This document shows positions 46,698-55,973 of a stretch of 64,000 nt of DNA, in pieces; positions within the stretch are counted from its first letter, which is position 1; each line of letters starts with the position of its first letter. This DNA is from Kiloniellaceae bacterium (GTDB lineage Bacteria > Pseudomonadota > Alphaproteobacteria > Kiloniellales > J153). The position numbers were made by a program, and so were the translations under genes. The stretch covers positions 23,094 through 87,093 of the forward strand of contig JAJFGO010000098.1 in NCBI GenBank assembly GCA_021776095.1. The letters are read 5' to 3'. A model generated the notes under the pieces. It was not told the DNA's origin and made no database searches. It was given only the letters and a program-made list of their open reading frames with translations.

Positions 46698-47978
46698 TCA
46701 CAGGCCGAGCCAGCGCGGGATGGACATGGTCAGTCCCTCCCAGTACGCGATCACGATCAGCACAAGCGTTTCGGCCAGGAGGAACGGCCAAAGCGACTTG
46801 GTGATGTCCTCGATCTTGGTCTTGGTGACCGAGGCCAGAACGAAGAGGCAGGCGCCAACGGGCGGGGTCATCAGCGAGATATTGAGCGCCAGGATAATCA
46901 TGATCCCGGCGTGGACCGGTTCCATGCCGATTTTCAGCAATAACGGTGCCAGCACCGGCGCCAAGATGATCAGGGTCGCGTTGATGTCCATGAATAGCCC
47001 GATGAACAGCAATAGCGCGATGATCATGCCGATGATGACGTTCGGGTTGGTGGAAAACGCCAGGAACGCGGCCGCGATCGCCTGGGGGATCTGATTGAAG
47101 GTCATCCACCAACCCAGGATGCTGGCCGAGGCGATGATCAGGAAGATAATCCCGGTCAGCCGGGTGGTGCGCACCAGCATCTCGTAGAGATCGCGCCAAG
47201 TGAGTCCGCGATAGATGACGCCGCCGACGATCAGGGCATAGAACACCGCGATCGAGGCGGCTTCGGTCGGGGTCGCGATCCCGCCCAGGATCGAGCCCAG
47301 GATGAAGACCGGCAAAACGATGGCCAGGAAGCTCTGCTTGAAGGCGATCAAGATCGCCATCAGGCTCGGCCGCGAGTCCGATTTCGGCAGATTGAGGCGC
47401 CGCGCCGAGGCTGCGATCACCGCCATGCAGATCAGGCAGATCAAAATGCCGGGCAGGATTCCGGCGGCGAACAGCCCGGCGATGGAAACGCCCATGATCG
47501 AGCCGTAAATGACCGCCAAGGTCGAGGGCGGAATGGTCGGTCCGATGATCGAGCCGGCCGCCGTGACCGCGCAGGCATAGGGCTTGGTATAGCCTTGGCG
47601 CACCATGGCCGGCACCAGGGTGTTGCCGAAGGCGGCGGCGTCGGCCGTCGCCGATCCCGTGATGCCGGCGAACATGACCGAGGCGACCATATTGGAGTGG
47701 GCCATGCCGCCGCGCAGCCAGCCGACCAAGGCGTCGGCGAACTTGACCAGGTTGGTGGTAATCCCGGAGCGGTTCATGATCTCGCCGGCCAGAATGAAGA
47801 ACGGCATGGCGAGGAAGGGAAAGAGGTCCAAACCGGCGAACATGCGGTCGGGTGCCATGGCGATAAAGCGCCCGCCGCCCATTTCGAAGATGCCGACCAG
47901 CCCGGCGACGCCCAGGACCATGCCAACCGGCATGCCGAGCAGCAGCAAACCAAAGAAGGTGATTGCCACGATCAACAT
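46698..47978 (-). CDS. dctM: TRAP transporter large permease (DctM family)
   Basis: 426-aa, 12-TM protein with a DctM-like sequence throughout. Confidence 0.93.
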   Translation of the reverse strand: MLIVAITFFGLLLLGMPVGMVLGVAGLVGIFEMGGGRFIAMAPDRMFAGLDLFPFLAMPFFILAGEIMNRSGITTNLVKFADALVGWLRGGMAHSNMVASVMFAGITGSATADAAAFGNTLVPAMVRQGYTKPYACAVTAAGSIIGPTIPPSTLAVIYGSIMGVSIAGLFAAGILPGILICLICMAVIAASARRLNLPKSDSRPSLMAILIAFKQSFLAIVLPVFILGSILGGIATPTEAASIAVFYALIVGGVIYRGLTWRDLYEMLVRTTRLTGIIFLIIASASILGWWMTFNQIPQAIAAAFLAFSTNPNVIIGMIIALLLFIGLFMDINATLIILAPVLAPLLLKIGMEPVHAGIMIILALNISLMTPPVGACLFVLASVTKTKIEDITKSLWPFLLAETLVLIVIAYWEGLTMSIPRWLGL

Positions 47979-47982
47979 AGGC

Positions 47983-48501
47983 TCAGATCTCCACCCGGTG
48001 GGCGGCGGTCACACCGTCTTCGGCATAAATGTCGTGCAGGCTGACCAGGAAGAGCTGGATGCACGCGATCGCACTGGCCAGAGGCACGGTAATGAAGGGA
48101 TATGCCTTGGGAATTTGGTAGATCATGGTGTAACGGGAAAACCCGCGCTCGACGAAATCTAAGCCATAGAAAAACAATACCGCGAAGAAGCCGAATGCGA
48201 TCACGTCGAAGGCGACCGCCAGCCATTTGCGCACTTCTCGCGGCAAGCGTTCGATGACCACCAAGACGCCGATGTGTTCGCGGTGGCTGATGCCCGAGGA
48301 AACCGCCAGCAAGGCCATCCAGATCATCAGGTAGCGCGCCAGTTCCTCGGTGAAGGTCAGGGGCAGGGGAATGACGTAGCGGGCCAGGACACCCAGCCAC
48401 ACGTCCAGAACGAGTAAGACCATGAGCGCGACACAGAACCGCTCCACATAGCGGTTGAGCCGCCGGCTCGCGACGATCGCCTTCTCGGCTATCGGCTTCA
48501 T
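47983..48501 (-). CDS. dctQ: TRAP transporter small permease (DctQ family)
   Basis: 172-aa, 4-TM protein located 4 nt upstream of dctM. Confidence 0.88.
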   Translation of the reverse strand: MKPIAEKAIVASRRLNRYVERFCVALMVLLVLDVWLGVLARYVIPLPLTFTEELARYLMIWMALLAVSSGISHREHIGVLVVIERLPREVRKWLAVAFDVIAFGFFAVLFFYGLDFVERGFSRYTMIYQIPKAYPFITVPLASAIACIQLFLVSLHDIYAEDGVTAAHRVEI

Positions 48502-48588
48502 GGTTGCCGTCCCCCGGCCTTTTCGGCCGTTGCATCCCTCTTGCCGCGTGGCGGACTGTCGCCGCCTTTTGACACTCTATCTCCATAC

Positions 48589-48635
48589 TGAAACTCGTGT
48601 TTCTCTATGTCAATATATTAAAACTTGAGTTTTAA
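48589..48635. promoter_or_regulatory. Two AT-rich palindromes in the dctQ / rpiR-like divergent promoter region (candidate operators)
   Basis: GAAAC-TCGT-GTTTC at 48590-48603 and TTAAAACT-TG-AGTTTTAA at 48618-48635 (perfect 8-bp arms). They lie in the 173-bp gap between divergent genes. Confidence 0.35.
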
Positions 48636-48674
48636 AATGCCGAATCGTAACCTTGCGGACCGAGGAAAGGACAT

Positions 48675-49586
48675 ATGGCAAAAGGCGGCCAAAGATTTAG
48701 CGCAAGCATCGCACGCGCGCCGCGCGCTGGCGGGCGCGGCGCGCGGACGCGATCCCTAGAGGCGCATGTGCGCGGCCACTACGGCGCCCTGCCCGAAAGC
48801 GAGCGCAAGGTCGCCGACCTCATCCTGGATTTCCCTGGGCAGATCGCGGCCTATTCGGCGACCGAGCTGGCGCAGCTTTCCGGTGCCTCTAAGGCAGCGG
48901 TAACGCGCCTAGTCCGGCGTTTGGGATTCGAGAGCTTCGAGGACGCGCGCCGCGCGGCGCGGGATGCGCAAAGCTGGGGTTCGCCGGTTTACCTGCTGCA
49001 CAAGGAGGACCGGAAACAGGATTTCGCCGGCCGGGTCGAGGCCCATATCGCCCAGGACATGGATGTTATCCGGCGCACCTTCGAGGGGCTGGGCGAGGGC
49101 CAATTCGAGGCGATCGTCGAGGCTATCTGCGGCGCGCGACGGGTCTGGCTGTTCGGCCTGCGCAACAGCCGCTACCTGGCCGGCTACCTGCGCTGGCAAT
49201 TGATGCAAGTGCGCGGCGACGTGCACCGGCTGCCGGAGGCGGGCGAGACCTTGCCGGAGTACATCGTGGATCTGGAGAAGGATGACCTTTTTATCGTCAT
49301 TGGGTTTCGTCGCCGGATGCCGGAGGTCCACCGCGCGCTCGACGCCGCTCGGGCCATGGGGGTGAAAACCCTGCTGATCACCGACCCGACCTCGCGTAGC
49401 GAGGACGGCGCGACCTGGACCGTGCGCTGCGAAACCCGCGGGGCCGATGTTTTCGACCGCTACGCCGGCGCCATGTCGTTTCTCCATTTCCTCAGCGTCG
49501 CCGTGGTGGCCAAGGCCGGCGGCCAGGGTCGGAAGCGCTTGGCCGCGATCGAGGCGCTGCACGAGGACTTCGAGGATTTCGGCTAA
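48675..49586 (+). CDS. MurR/RpiR-family transcriptional regulator (HTH_6 plus SIS domain)
   Basis: LPESERKVADLILDFPGQIAAYSATELAQLSGASKAAVTRLVRRLGF forms the HTH, followed by a SIS-like C-terminal half. The start codon is uncertain. Confidence 0.87.
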   Translation: MAKGGQRFSASIARAPRAGGRGARTRSLEAHVRGHYGALPESERKVADLILDFPGQIAAYSATELAQLSGASKAAVTRLVRRLGFESFEDARRAARDAQSWGSPVYLLHKEDRKQDFAGRVEAHIAQDMDVIRRTFEGLGEGQFEAIVEAICGARRVWLFGLRNSRYLAGYLRWQLMQVRGDVHRLPEAGETLPEYIVDLEKDDLFIVIGFRRRMPEVHRALDAARAMGVKTLLITDPTSRSEDGATWTVRCETRGADVFDRYAGAMSFLHFLSVAVVAKAGGQGRKRLAAIEALHEDFEDFG

Positions 49587-49597
49587 ATGCCCCGGCG

Positions 49598-50356
49598 TTA
49601 TGACTCGGCGGGCGGCCCGAGGATCGTCTTGAGGTCGACCAGCGGGTCGGCTTCGGTAACGAAATTCAGAGGCTCCTCAATAAAGCGCAAATGTTGATTC
49701 ATGTGGGCTATGGCGGCTGCCGCGTCGCCATCCCGCAGAGCCCTCGCGACCGTCCAATGGTCATCGTGAGAACACCCCGAATCGCTGGTCATGCCGTAGG
49801 CGGCGATGATCAGCGATGTGCGCGATACCAATTCCTGCAGGAAGGACGAAAGCACCTCATTGCCGGCGATCTGTGCCAAACGCAGATGGAAATCGCCGGA
49901 CAGGCGAATTGCGGCCTGTTTGTCGCTGCGCTCCTGGGCCTTGTGCTCCTCTCGAACAATCGCCGCCAGAGACTCGAACATTTCTTCGGTCATGCGGTCT
50001 GCCGCCCGCTCGACCACCGCCGCTTCGACCGCGCGGCGGGCCTCGAAGACGTGGCGCGCCTCGCGCACCGATGGCTGGGCGACATAGGCGCCGCGGTTCG
50101 GGCGCAACTCGACCAGCTTGGCGTGGGCCAGATTGAGCAGAACCCGCCGGATCTGAGCCCGGGATACGCCGAAGGTTTCGCACAGGGCTTCTTCGCCAAG
50201 CTTGGTGCCGGGCTCAAGGCGGCGCTCCACGATGGCGCCGTACACCCGGGCGAAAATCGTCTCGTCGGCGACCGGCTGACCGCGCCCACCACGACCTAAG
50301 GTCTGTGAAGTGGCGGTTGCCGTGGCTGTCTGTCTGGCGTTTGGCAATTTGGCCAT
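49598..50356 (-). CDS. GntR-family (FadR/FCD subfamily) transcriptional regulator
   Basis: Winged-helix block YGAIVERRLEPGTKLGEEALCETFGVSRAQIRRVLLNLAHAKLVE, plus an all-helical FCD-like C-domain. Confidence 0.9.
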   Translation of the reverse strand: MAKLPNARQTATATATSQTLGRGGRGQPVADETIFARVYGAIVERRLEPGTKLGEEALCETFGVSRAQIRRVLLNLAHAKLVELRPNRGAYVAQPSVREARHVFEARRAVEAAVVERAADRMTEEMFESLAAIVREEHKAQERSDKQAAIRLSGDFHLRLAQIAGNEVLSSFLQELVSRTSLIIAAYGMTSDSGCSHDDHWTVARALRDGDAAAAIAHMNQHLRFIEEPLNFVTEADPLVDLKTILGPPAES

Positions 50357-50419
50357 GGCTATGGGGCCTGCGATTTGGCGTTTGGAACGGTTATGTCGAT
50401 CCTCGGTTGTCCGGATTAT

Positions 50420-50464
50420 TATACAATAGAATTGTATATGATCGAGAAAAAGATTGTTGACAAT
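50420..50464. promoter_or_regulatory. Candidate GntR operators in the GntR / ABC divergent promoter region
   Basis: TATACAAT-AGA-ATTGTATA at 50420-50438 (perfect 8-bp arms) and ATTGT-TG-ACAAT at 50453-50464. Both carry the GT...AC core typical of GntR/FadR sites. Confidence 0.45.
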
Positions 50465-50611
50465 TCAATGAAGGATTGTCGAATATGCTTAACGTCGTGC
50501 CTTCAAGGCGGGCTGGACCCGCCGCCAAGGAACCATGGCGCCGGAATTATAAAGGCCGAAATCGAACGGCTGAAATCGACATAACAAGATCGACACCACA
50601 TGGAGGTTTGG

Positions 50612-51808
50612 ATGAACAAGCGCAACTTTTTGAAATCGTCCGCGGCCGCGCTGGCGATTAGTGCGTTGTCTTTGGGCGCCGCGGGCGGTGCCCTGGCGGC
50701 CAATAAGGTCCTGAAAATTGGGTTTGTCGGCGTGACCAGCGGCCCTGCTGCGGCTTGGGGGACCTCGAACGTGCGGTCCATGCAGACCCGCGCCGCCTGG
50801 ATCAACGAAATCGGCGGTGTGAAGATCGGTGGCGACACCTACGACATCGAAATTGTCACCTTCGATGACCAGAAAGATCCAAAGCGCGCCATTGCCGGCA
50901 TGGAAAAGATGGCCCAGGAAGGCATCCACTATGTTGTCGGCCCGAACGTCGATGACGGCGCGGCGGCGGTGCGCCCGGTCGCCGAGTCCAACGGCATCAT
51001 GTATTTTCCTTATGCCTTCCCCAAGAGTCTCTACCAGAAGCCGGCATCCAATGCCGTCCTGGGGATGATCGCCAACTATCAGTCCGGCCCAGCGATCTAT
51101 AAGTTTCTTCGCGACAAGAAGGGTGTGAAGAAGGTCGCCTTCATAGCCGCCAATGAGTCCGATCCCTTGAGTCAGCGCGACGGCGGGGTGGCTGCCGCCA
51201 ATGCCTTGGGGTTGGAGGTCGTTGCCGACAAAGATACCTATCAGAACGACACCCGCGATTTCGTGCCGGTTCTGACACCGGTTCTGCGGTCCAAGCCTGA
51301 CCTTCTGGTGCTCTCGGGCGTTGCGCCGGGTAATGCGCCGCTGCTGATCCGCTCGGCCCGCGAGTTGGGTTACACCGGTTTCATCTCCACCGAAACCGCT
51401 CAGGATGCGAAGGTCTTGGAAGAAGGCGCCGGCGATTTGGCCAACGGCTTCATTTCCGTCGGTGGCGCCTCGACGCCGGAGATCCGGTCTAAGGCCATGG
51501 AGGAATTCATCGATCGCTACACGAAAATGTTCGGCGAATACAACGATGAGTCCAACACCAAGGTCTATGCCCTGGAATACATCATCGAAACCTTGAAGAT
51601 GAACCCAAAGGGCATTGACGATATTGGCGAATTCAAGAAGACCATGGACAACTTCTCGGCACCGAATCCCTATATGAAGGGAGATGCCACGCTGAAGTAC
51701 GTTGGCATGACCTCGTTCGGACAGAAGCGGCAAGTGGCCGTGCCCATGGTCGTGAACGAATATCGCGACGGCAAGTTCGACACCTTGTTCATTGCCGAAG
51801 TCGATTGA
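50612..51808 (+). CDS. Liv/amide-urea type (PBP1) ABC substrate-binding protein
   Basis: MNKRNFLKSSAAALAISALSLGAAGGALA signal peptide, with GGAGG 7 nt upstream of this ATG. LKIGFVGVTSGPAA and further LivK-family pattern follow. Confidence 0.9.
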   Translation: MNKRNFLKSSAAALAISALSLGAAGGALAANKVLKIGFVGVTSGPAAAWGTSNVRSMQTRAAWINEIGGVKIGGDTYDIEIVTFDDQKDPKRAIAGMEKMAQEGIHYVVGPNVDDGAAAVRPVAESNGIMYFPYAFPKSLYQKPASNAVLGMIANYQSGPAIYKFLRDKKGVKKVAFIAANESDPLSQRDGGVAAANALGLEVVADKDTYQNDTRDFVPVLTPVLRSKPDLLVLSGVAPGNAPLLIRSARELGYTGFISTETAQDAKVLEEGAGDLANGFISVGGASTPEIRSKAMEEFIDRYTKMFGEYNDESNTKVYALEYIIETLKMNPKGIDDIGEFKKTMDNFSAPNPYMKGDATLKYVGMTSFGQKRQVAVPMVVNEYRDGKFDTLFIAEVD

Positions 51809-51831
51809 TCTTACCTCCCTGTCCGACGACT

Positions 51832-51868
51832 GGGGCTCAGAGTCGAAGCTCTGAGCCCCATTTTTCTT
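51832..51868 (+). terminator. Intrinsic terminator/attenuator between the binding-protein gene and the permease genes
   Basis: GGGGCTCAGAG-TCGAAG-CTCTGAGCCCC has a perfect 11-bp stem and is followed by ATTTTTCTT. Confidence 0.65.
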
Positions 51869-51882
51869 GAGAAGCAAATTCA

Positions 51883-52752
51883 ATGGAACAGGTCCTCGCC
51901 AACGGGCTCTATCTAGGTGCGCAATACGCATTGATTGCGCTGGGCCTGACCCTGATCTTCGCGCTCATGAATGTGCTGAACTTCGCGCACGGCCAGCTCT
52001 ACGTGCTCGGCGGGTTTGTGACCTACACCATCTACGGGCAACTGGAGATGCCGTTCGTGGCGGCCTTGTTCGCGGCGGCGGTGACCCTGGCTTTGGTCGG
52101 CGGACTGATGGAACGGTTCTTGTTCAGGACGGTGCTGAAACGCAGCGTCCGTGAAGAAAGCACCATGCTCTTGGCGGCAGGCACCGCGTTCTTCCTGGAT
52201 GCAATTATCCTGTTGATTTTCGGAGAGAAGCAGCGCGGCGTACCGAAAATCGTCGACGGTGTTTTCAATTGGGATTTCCGGCTGATCATGCCCTACGACC
52301 GGATATTGATCGGCTTTCTGGCCATCTTCGCTATCGCGGCTTTCGTCCTCTATATGCAATACAGCAAGACCGGCCGGGCCCTGCGGGCGCTGGCTCAGGA
52401 CCGTGTCGCCGCCCAATTGATGGGCGTTAACGTCGACCGCTATTCGATGATCGGCTTCGCCTTGGGGGCCATGCTGGCCGGAGTGGTGGGCGGCCTTTTG
52501 GTTACCATTACCGGGGTCAATTCAGGCATCGGCGGGCCGATATCCATTAAGGCCTTCATGATGGTGATGATTGGCGGCGCCGGGGTTATTTCCGGGGCCA
52601 TCGCCGGAGGGTTCATTCTGGGAATGTTGGAATCCGTGGGCCTTTCGGTCCTGCATTCCTATGGCGACATAACCTACCTGATGATCTTCGCCTCCTTGAT
52701 GGTGTTCCTGAGCATCCGGCCGCAAGGCTTGATGGGCAAGCCCTGGGGATGA
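51883..52752 (+). CDS. Branched-chain-amino-acid-type ABC permease (LivH-like)
   Basis: 289-aa polytopic protein. MEQVLANGLYLGAQYALIALGLTLIFALMNVLNFAHG is a typical LivH N-terminus. Confidence 0.92.
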   Translation: MEQVLANGLYLGAQYALIALGLTLIFALMNVLNFAHGQLYVLGGFVTYTIYGQLEMPFVAALFAAAVTLALVGGLMERFLFRTVLKRSVREESTMLLAAGTAFFLDAIILLIFGEKQRGVPKIVDGVFNWDFRLIMPYDRILIGFLAIFAIAAFVLYMQYSKTGRALRALAQDRVAAQLMGVNVDRYSMIGFALGAMLAGVVGGLLVTITGVNSGIGGPISIKAFMMVMIGGAGVISGAIAGGFILGMLESVGLSVLHSYGDITYLMIFASLMVFLSIRPQGLMGKPWG

Positions 52753-52756
52753 TGCC

Positions 52757-53746
52757 ATGACCCGGACAACCAAGATCGTGGGAGTCGGGGCCGTTCTCGC
52801 CATATTGCTGGTCGGCATTCCGGCGCTGATCAACATCAGCGGACGATGGGATCTCTACTACACCTTGACCTCGGTGGCGCTGCTCAGCATTGCCAGCGGC
52901 GGGGTATGGCTGACCTTCTACATTGGCCGAATCAACATTGGCCAGGGTGCCTATGCGCTGATGGGCGGCTATGTTTCCGCCATCTTGGTGGTGAAGTACG
53001 GCGTCTCGTTCTGGTTGACCTTGCCCATCGCGGGCCTGTTTTGCGGCGCCGTGAGTGTGTTGATCGGGATCCCCATCCTGCGCTTGCGCGGGGTTTACTT
53101 CGCCATGATCACCTTGGTCCTGACCGAGGTCGCTAGGCTGTCGATGCTGGCGTTGCCGATCACCAACGGCGCGAAGGGCATTACCAACATTCCCTTGCCG
53201 GGGGCCGTGGAGGTATTCGGCCTTACCCTGATTCCGGATTTCGCCACGCTCTCCAACGCGAAACCGGCGTTCTATTACCTCTCGATCGTTTTGATGATTC
53301 TCTGTTTTGCCGGGCTTTACCGCCTGGTCAATTCGCGTCTCGGAAAGCTGTGCCGTTCTCTACAACAAAACGAGGAACTGGCATCGTCCATAGGCGTCAA
53401 CATCGCCTACCTGCGCGTTGTTGCCTATGTCATATCGTCGTTTCTGGGCGGTATCGGGGGCGCGACCTTCGCTGCAATCTCGCAATCGGTTTACCCATCC
53501 AGCTTCACCATCGCCGATTCCATCAATTTCATGCTGAATTGTTTCCTGGGCGGCCTTGGTTACGTCTTTGGCCCGATGCTTGGCACCTTGGTTCTGTATT
53601 TCGGCTGGGACCTGTTGTTTCAAACCGGCGAGTTCCAGCTTCTTATCTTTTCGACGGTGCTGATCGCGTTGATTCTGGCCTTACCGAACGGCCTCTTGAG
53701 CCTGCGTTTCAGCAAGGCCGGGAAGGAGTCGGTGGGCCGTGAGTGA
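52757..53746 (+). CDS. Branched-chain-amino-acid-type ABC permease (LivM-like)
   Basis: 329-aa polytopic protein with INIGQGAYALMGGY and LRGVYFAMITL motifs. Confidence 0.92.
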   Translation: MTRTTKIVGVGAVLAILLVGIPALINISGRWDLYYTLTSVALLSIASGGVWLTFYIGRINIGQGAYALMGGYVSAILVVKYGVSFWLTLPIAGLFCGAVSVLIGIPILRLRGVYFAMITLVLTEVARLSMLALPITNGAKGITNIPLPGAVEVFGLTLIPDFATLSNAKPAFYYLSIVLMILCFAGLYRLVNSRLGKLCRSLQQNEELASSIGVNIAYLRVVAYVISSFLGGIGGATFAAISQSVYPSSFTIADSINFMLNCFLGGLGYVFGPMLGTLVLYFGWDLLFQTGEFQLLIFSTVLIALILALPNGLLSLRFSKAGKESVGRE

Positions 53747-54518
53747 GCTTTTGCAAGTGATCGGGTTGACCAAGCGCTTCGGCGGTCTGACGGCCGTGAA
53801 CAATGTGTCATTCTCGGTCCAGGAGCACGAAATCCTCTCGGTGATCGGACCGAACGGCGCCGGCAAGTCGACCCTGTTCAAGCTGATCGCCTCGTTTCTG
53901 CGGACCAGCGGCGGGGAGGTGCGGTTTCGCGGCGAGCGCATATCGAACCTGGCGCCGCATATCACGGCCCGGAAAGGGATTGTGCGGACCTTTCAGGAAA
54001 CGACCATCTTCAAGGGCATGACCGTGCGTGAAAATGTGGTGATTGCCCACCACTTGCGCTCGAAAGCCAGCCTGTTCGGCTTTTTCATAGAATCCCCGGC
54101 CGCAGCGCGCGACGAGCAGGAATTCGGCCGTTCCGCAGATCAAATTCTGGAATTCCTCGACCTCGGCGAGATCAAGAATGAGGTCGCCAGCAATTTGCCC
54201 CAGGGACACCTTCGGGCCTTGGGTATCGCCATTGGCTTGTCGACCGATCCTACGGTACTGCTGCTGGATGAGCCTTTTGCCGGCATGAACCATGACGAGA
54301 CCCGGCGCGCGGTCGAGATGGTCCGCTCGGTCCGCGATCGCGGGGTTACCTTGCTGCTGGTCGAGCATGACATGTCGGCGGTCATGAAGATTTCGGACCG
54401 GATCGTCGTGTTGAACTTTGGGGAGAAAATCGCCGAGGGCACGCCGGAGGAGATTCAGAGCAACGAGAGTGTCATCGAAGCGTATTTAGGCATTGAAGAT
54501 GAATCGATCGGACTGTGA
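53739..54518 (+). CDS. ABC transporter ATP-binding protein (LivG-like)
   Basis: Walker A GPNGAGKST, Walker B LLLDEPFAGM, and the C-terminal LivG-type tail VIEAYLG. The GTG start overlaps the upstream stop. Confidence 0.93.
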   Translation: MSELLQVIGLTKRFGGLTAVNNVSFSVQEHEILSVIGPNGAGKSTLFKLIASFLRTSGGEVRFRGERISNLAPHITARKGIVRTFQETTIFKGMTVRENVVIAHHLRSKASLFGFFIESPAAARDEQEFGRSADQILEFLDLGEIKNEVASNLPQGHLRALGIAIGLSTDPTVLLLDEPFAGMNHDETRRAVEMVRSVRDRGVTLLLVEHDMSAVMKISDRIVVLNFGEKIAEGTPEEIQSNESVIEAYLGIEDESIGL

Positions 54519-54521
54519 ACC

Positions 54522-55250
54522 ATGAGCCAGTTGCTGCGATTCACGGATGTGGAATTGTATTACGACCACGTCTACGCCCTCAAAGGCGTGTCGATTGAGC
54601 TCAACGAGGGTGAGACGGTGGCGCTAATCGGCGCGAATGGCGCCGGAAAGTCGTCGATTCTGCGCGCCATCACGGGATTGCAGGGCATCCGCAAGGGCGA
54701 GATTGTCTTCGACGGAAACCGGATAGACCGGGGCTTCGGCCCCGACGCGATCGTCAAGATGGGGATCGTCATGGTGCCGGAAGGCCGGCGGGTGTTTCCC
54801 TTTATGTCGGTCAAAGACAATTTGCTGATGGGCGCCTTTACTCGGACCGACAAGGGGGGGATCAATGCGACCTTGGAGATGGTCCTGGGCCGCTTCCCCA
54901 GGCTGAAAGAGCGCTATACCCAAGCCGCGGGGACCATGAGCGGCGGCGAACAGCAAATGCTGGTGATCGGCCGGGCCTTAATGGCCAAGCCGAAGCTTCT
55001 GCTTTTGGATGAGCCGTCCCTCGGCATCGCCCCGAAGTTGGTGCAGGACATCGCCCGTTCCATCGTTGCCATCAACCGGGACGAAAAGGTGAGCGTTTTG
55101 CTGGTCGAACAGAACTCGCGCATGGCCTTGCGGATTTCTCATCGGACCTATGCGCTGGCCACGGGCTCGGTGGCCCTGAGCGGCGAGTCCACGGCGCTGC
55201 TTGAGGACGAACGGGTCAAATCCCTTTATCTGGGCGGGGAGGTTTCATAG
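54522..55250 (+). CDS. ABC transporter ATP-binding protein (LivF-like)
   Basis: Walker A GANGAGKSS, signature MSGGEQQML, Walker B LLLLDEPSLG. Confidence 0.93.
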   Translation: MSQLLRFTDVELYYDHVYALKGVSIELNEGETVALIGANGAGKSSILRAITGLQGIRKGEIVFDGNRIDRGFGPDAIVKMGIVMVPEGRRVFPFMSVKDNLLMGAFTRTDKGGINATLEMVLGRFPRLKERYTQAAGTMSGGEQQMLVIGRALMAKPKLLLLDEPSLGIAPKLVQDIARSIVAINRDEKVSVLLVEQNSRMALRISHRTYALATGSVALSGESTALLEDERVKSLYLGGEVS

Positions 55251-55255
55251 GAGTT

Positions 55256-55963
55256 ATGGCGCCGATGCGTATTCATGTCGTCAATCCAAATTCGACCAGT
55301 TCCATGACTGACAAGATTGGCGCCTGCGCGCGCTCCATCGCCAGTCCGGGGACCGAGATCGTTGCGACCAATCCGGGCTCGGGGCCGGCCAGCATCGAAG
55401 GCCAATACGATGAAGCCATGTCGCTCGCCGGGCTCTTGGCGGAAGTCGAAACGGGAGAGCGGGCCGGCGCCGACGGCTTCGTTGTGGCGTGTTTCGACGA
55501 CGTGGGGCTCGGTGCGTGCCGTGAAATTGCCAGTGGACCTGTGCTGGGGATTTGCGAGGCCGCCATGCACGCCGCCAGCATGATCGCCACCGGATTTTCT
55601 GTTGTGACGACGCTGGAGCGATCGGTGCCGATCGTCCAGGATCTAGCGTTGCGTTATGGCATGGAACGGCGATGCCGGCGGGTGCGCGCCGCCGATATTC
55701 CGGTCTTGGCGCTCGAGGAGCCGGGCAGCAACGCGCGCCAGAAGGTCTTGGAAGAAATCAAACGCGCGGTTCGCGAGGACCGCTGCGACGCCGTGATTCT
55801 AGGCTGCGCCGGCATGGCCGACTTGACCGCTTGGCTGACGAAGGAGACCGGCGTGCCGGTCATCGATGGTGTCGCCGTGGCGGTCAAGATGGTCGAGGCC
55901 CTAATCGGCGCCGGCCTCTCTACCAGCAAGGTCGGCGCCTACGCCCGGCCTCTGGTGAAATGA
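55256..55963 (+). CDS. Asp/Glu/hydantoin racemase-family enzyme (allantoin/hydantoin racemase-like)
   Basis: 235 aa. The two catalytic-Cys motifs are VVACFDD and ILGCAGM. AGGAG lies upstream. Confidence 0.87.
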   Translation: MAPMRIHVVNPNSTSSMTDKIGACARSIASPGTEIVATNPGSGPASIEGQYDEAMSLAGLLAEVETGERAGADGFVVACFDDVGLGACREIASGPVLGICEAAMHAASMIATGFSVVTTLERSVPIVQDLALRYGMERRCRRVRAADIPVLALEEPGSNARQKVLEEIKRAVREDRCDAVILGCAGMADLTAWLTKETGVPVIDGVAVAVKMVEALIGAGLSTSKVGAYARPLVK

Positions 55964-55973
55964 GGGCAGGCTC

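Noticed and set aside
50489-51931. A 480-aa minus-strand ORF. Similar long antisense ORFs occur at 977-2062, 1195-2043, 16636-17625, 18027-19001, 23717-24658, 24768-25607, 38406-39383, 55920-56873, 57038-58054, 58160-59113, 60076-60867 and 61341-62102.
   Set aside because: Each is antisense to a gene with clear family motifs, has a biased Arg/Gly/Pro composition and carries no recognisable domain. I treat them as GC-driven shadow ORFs.
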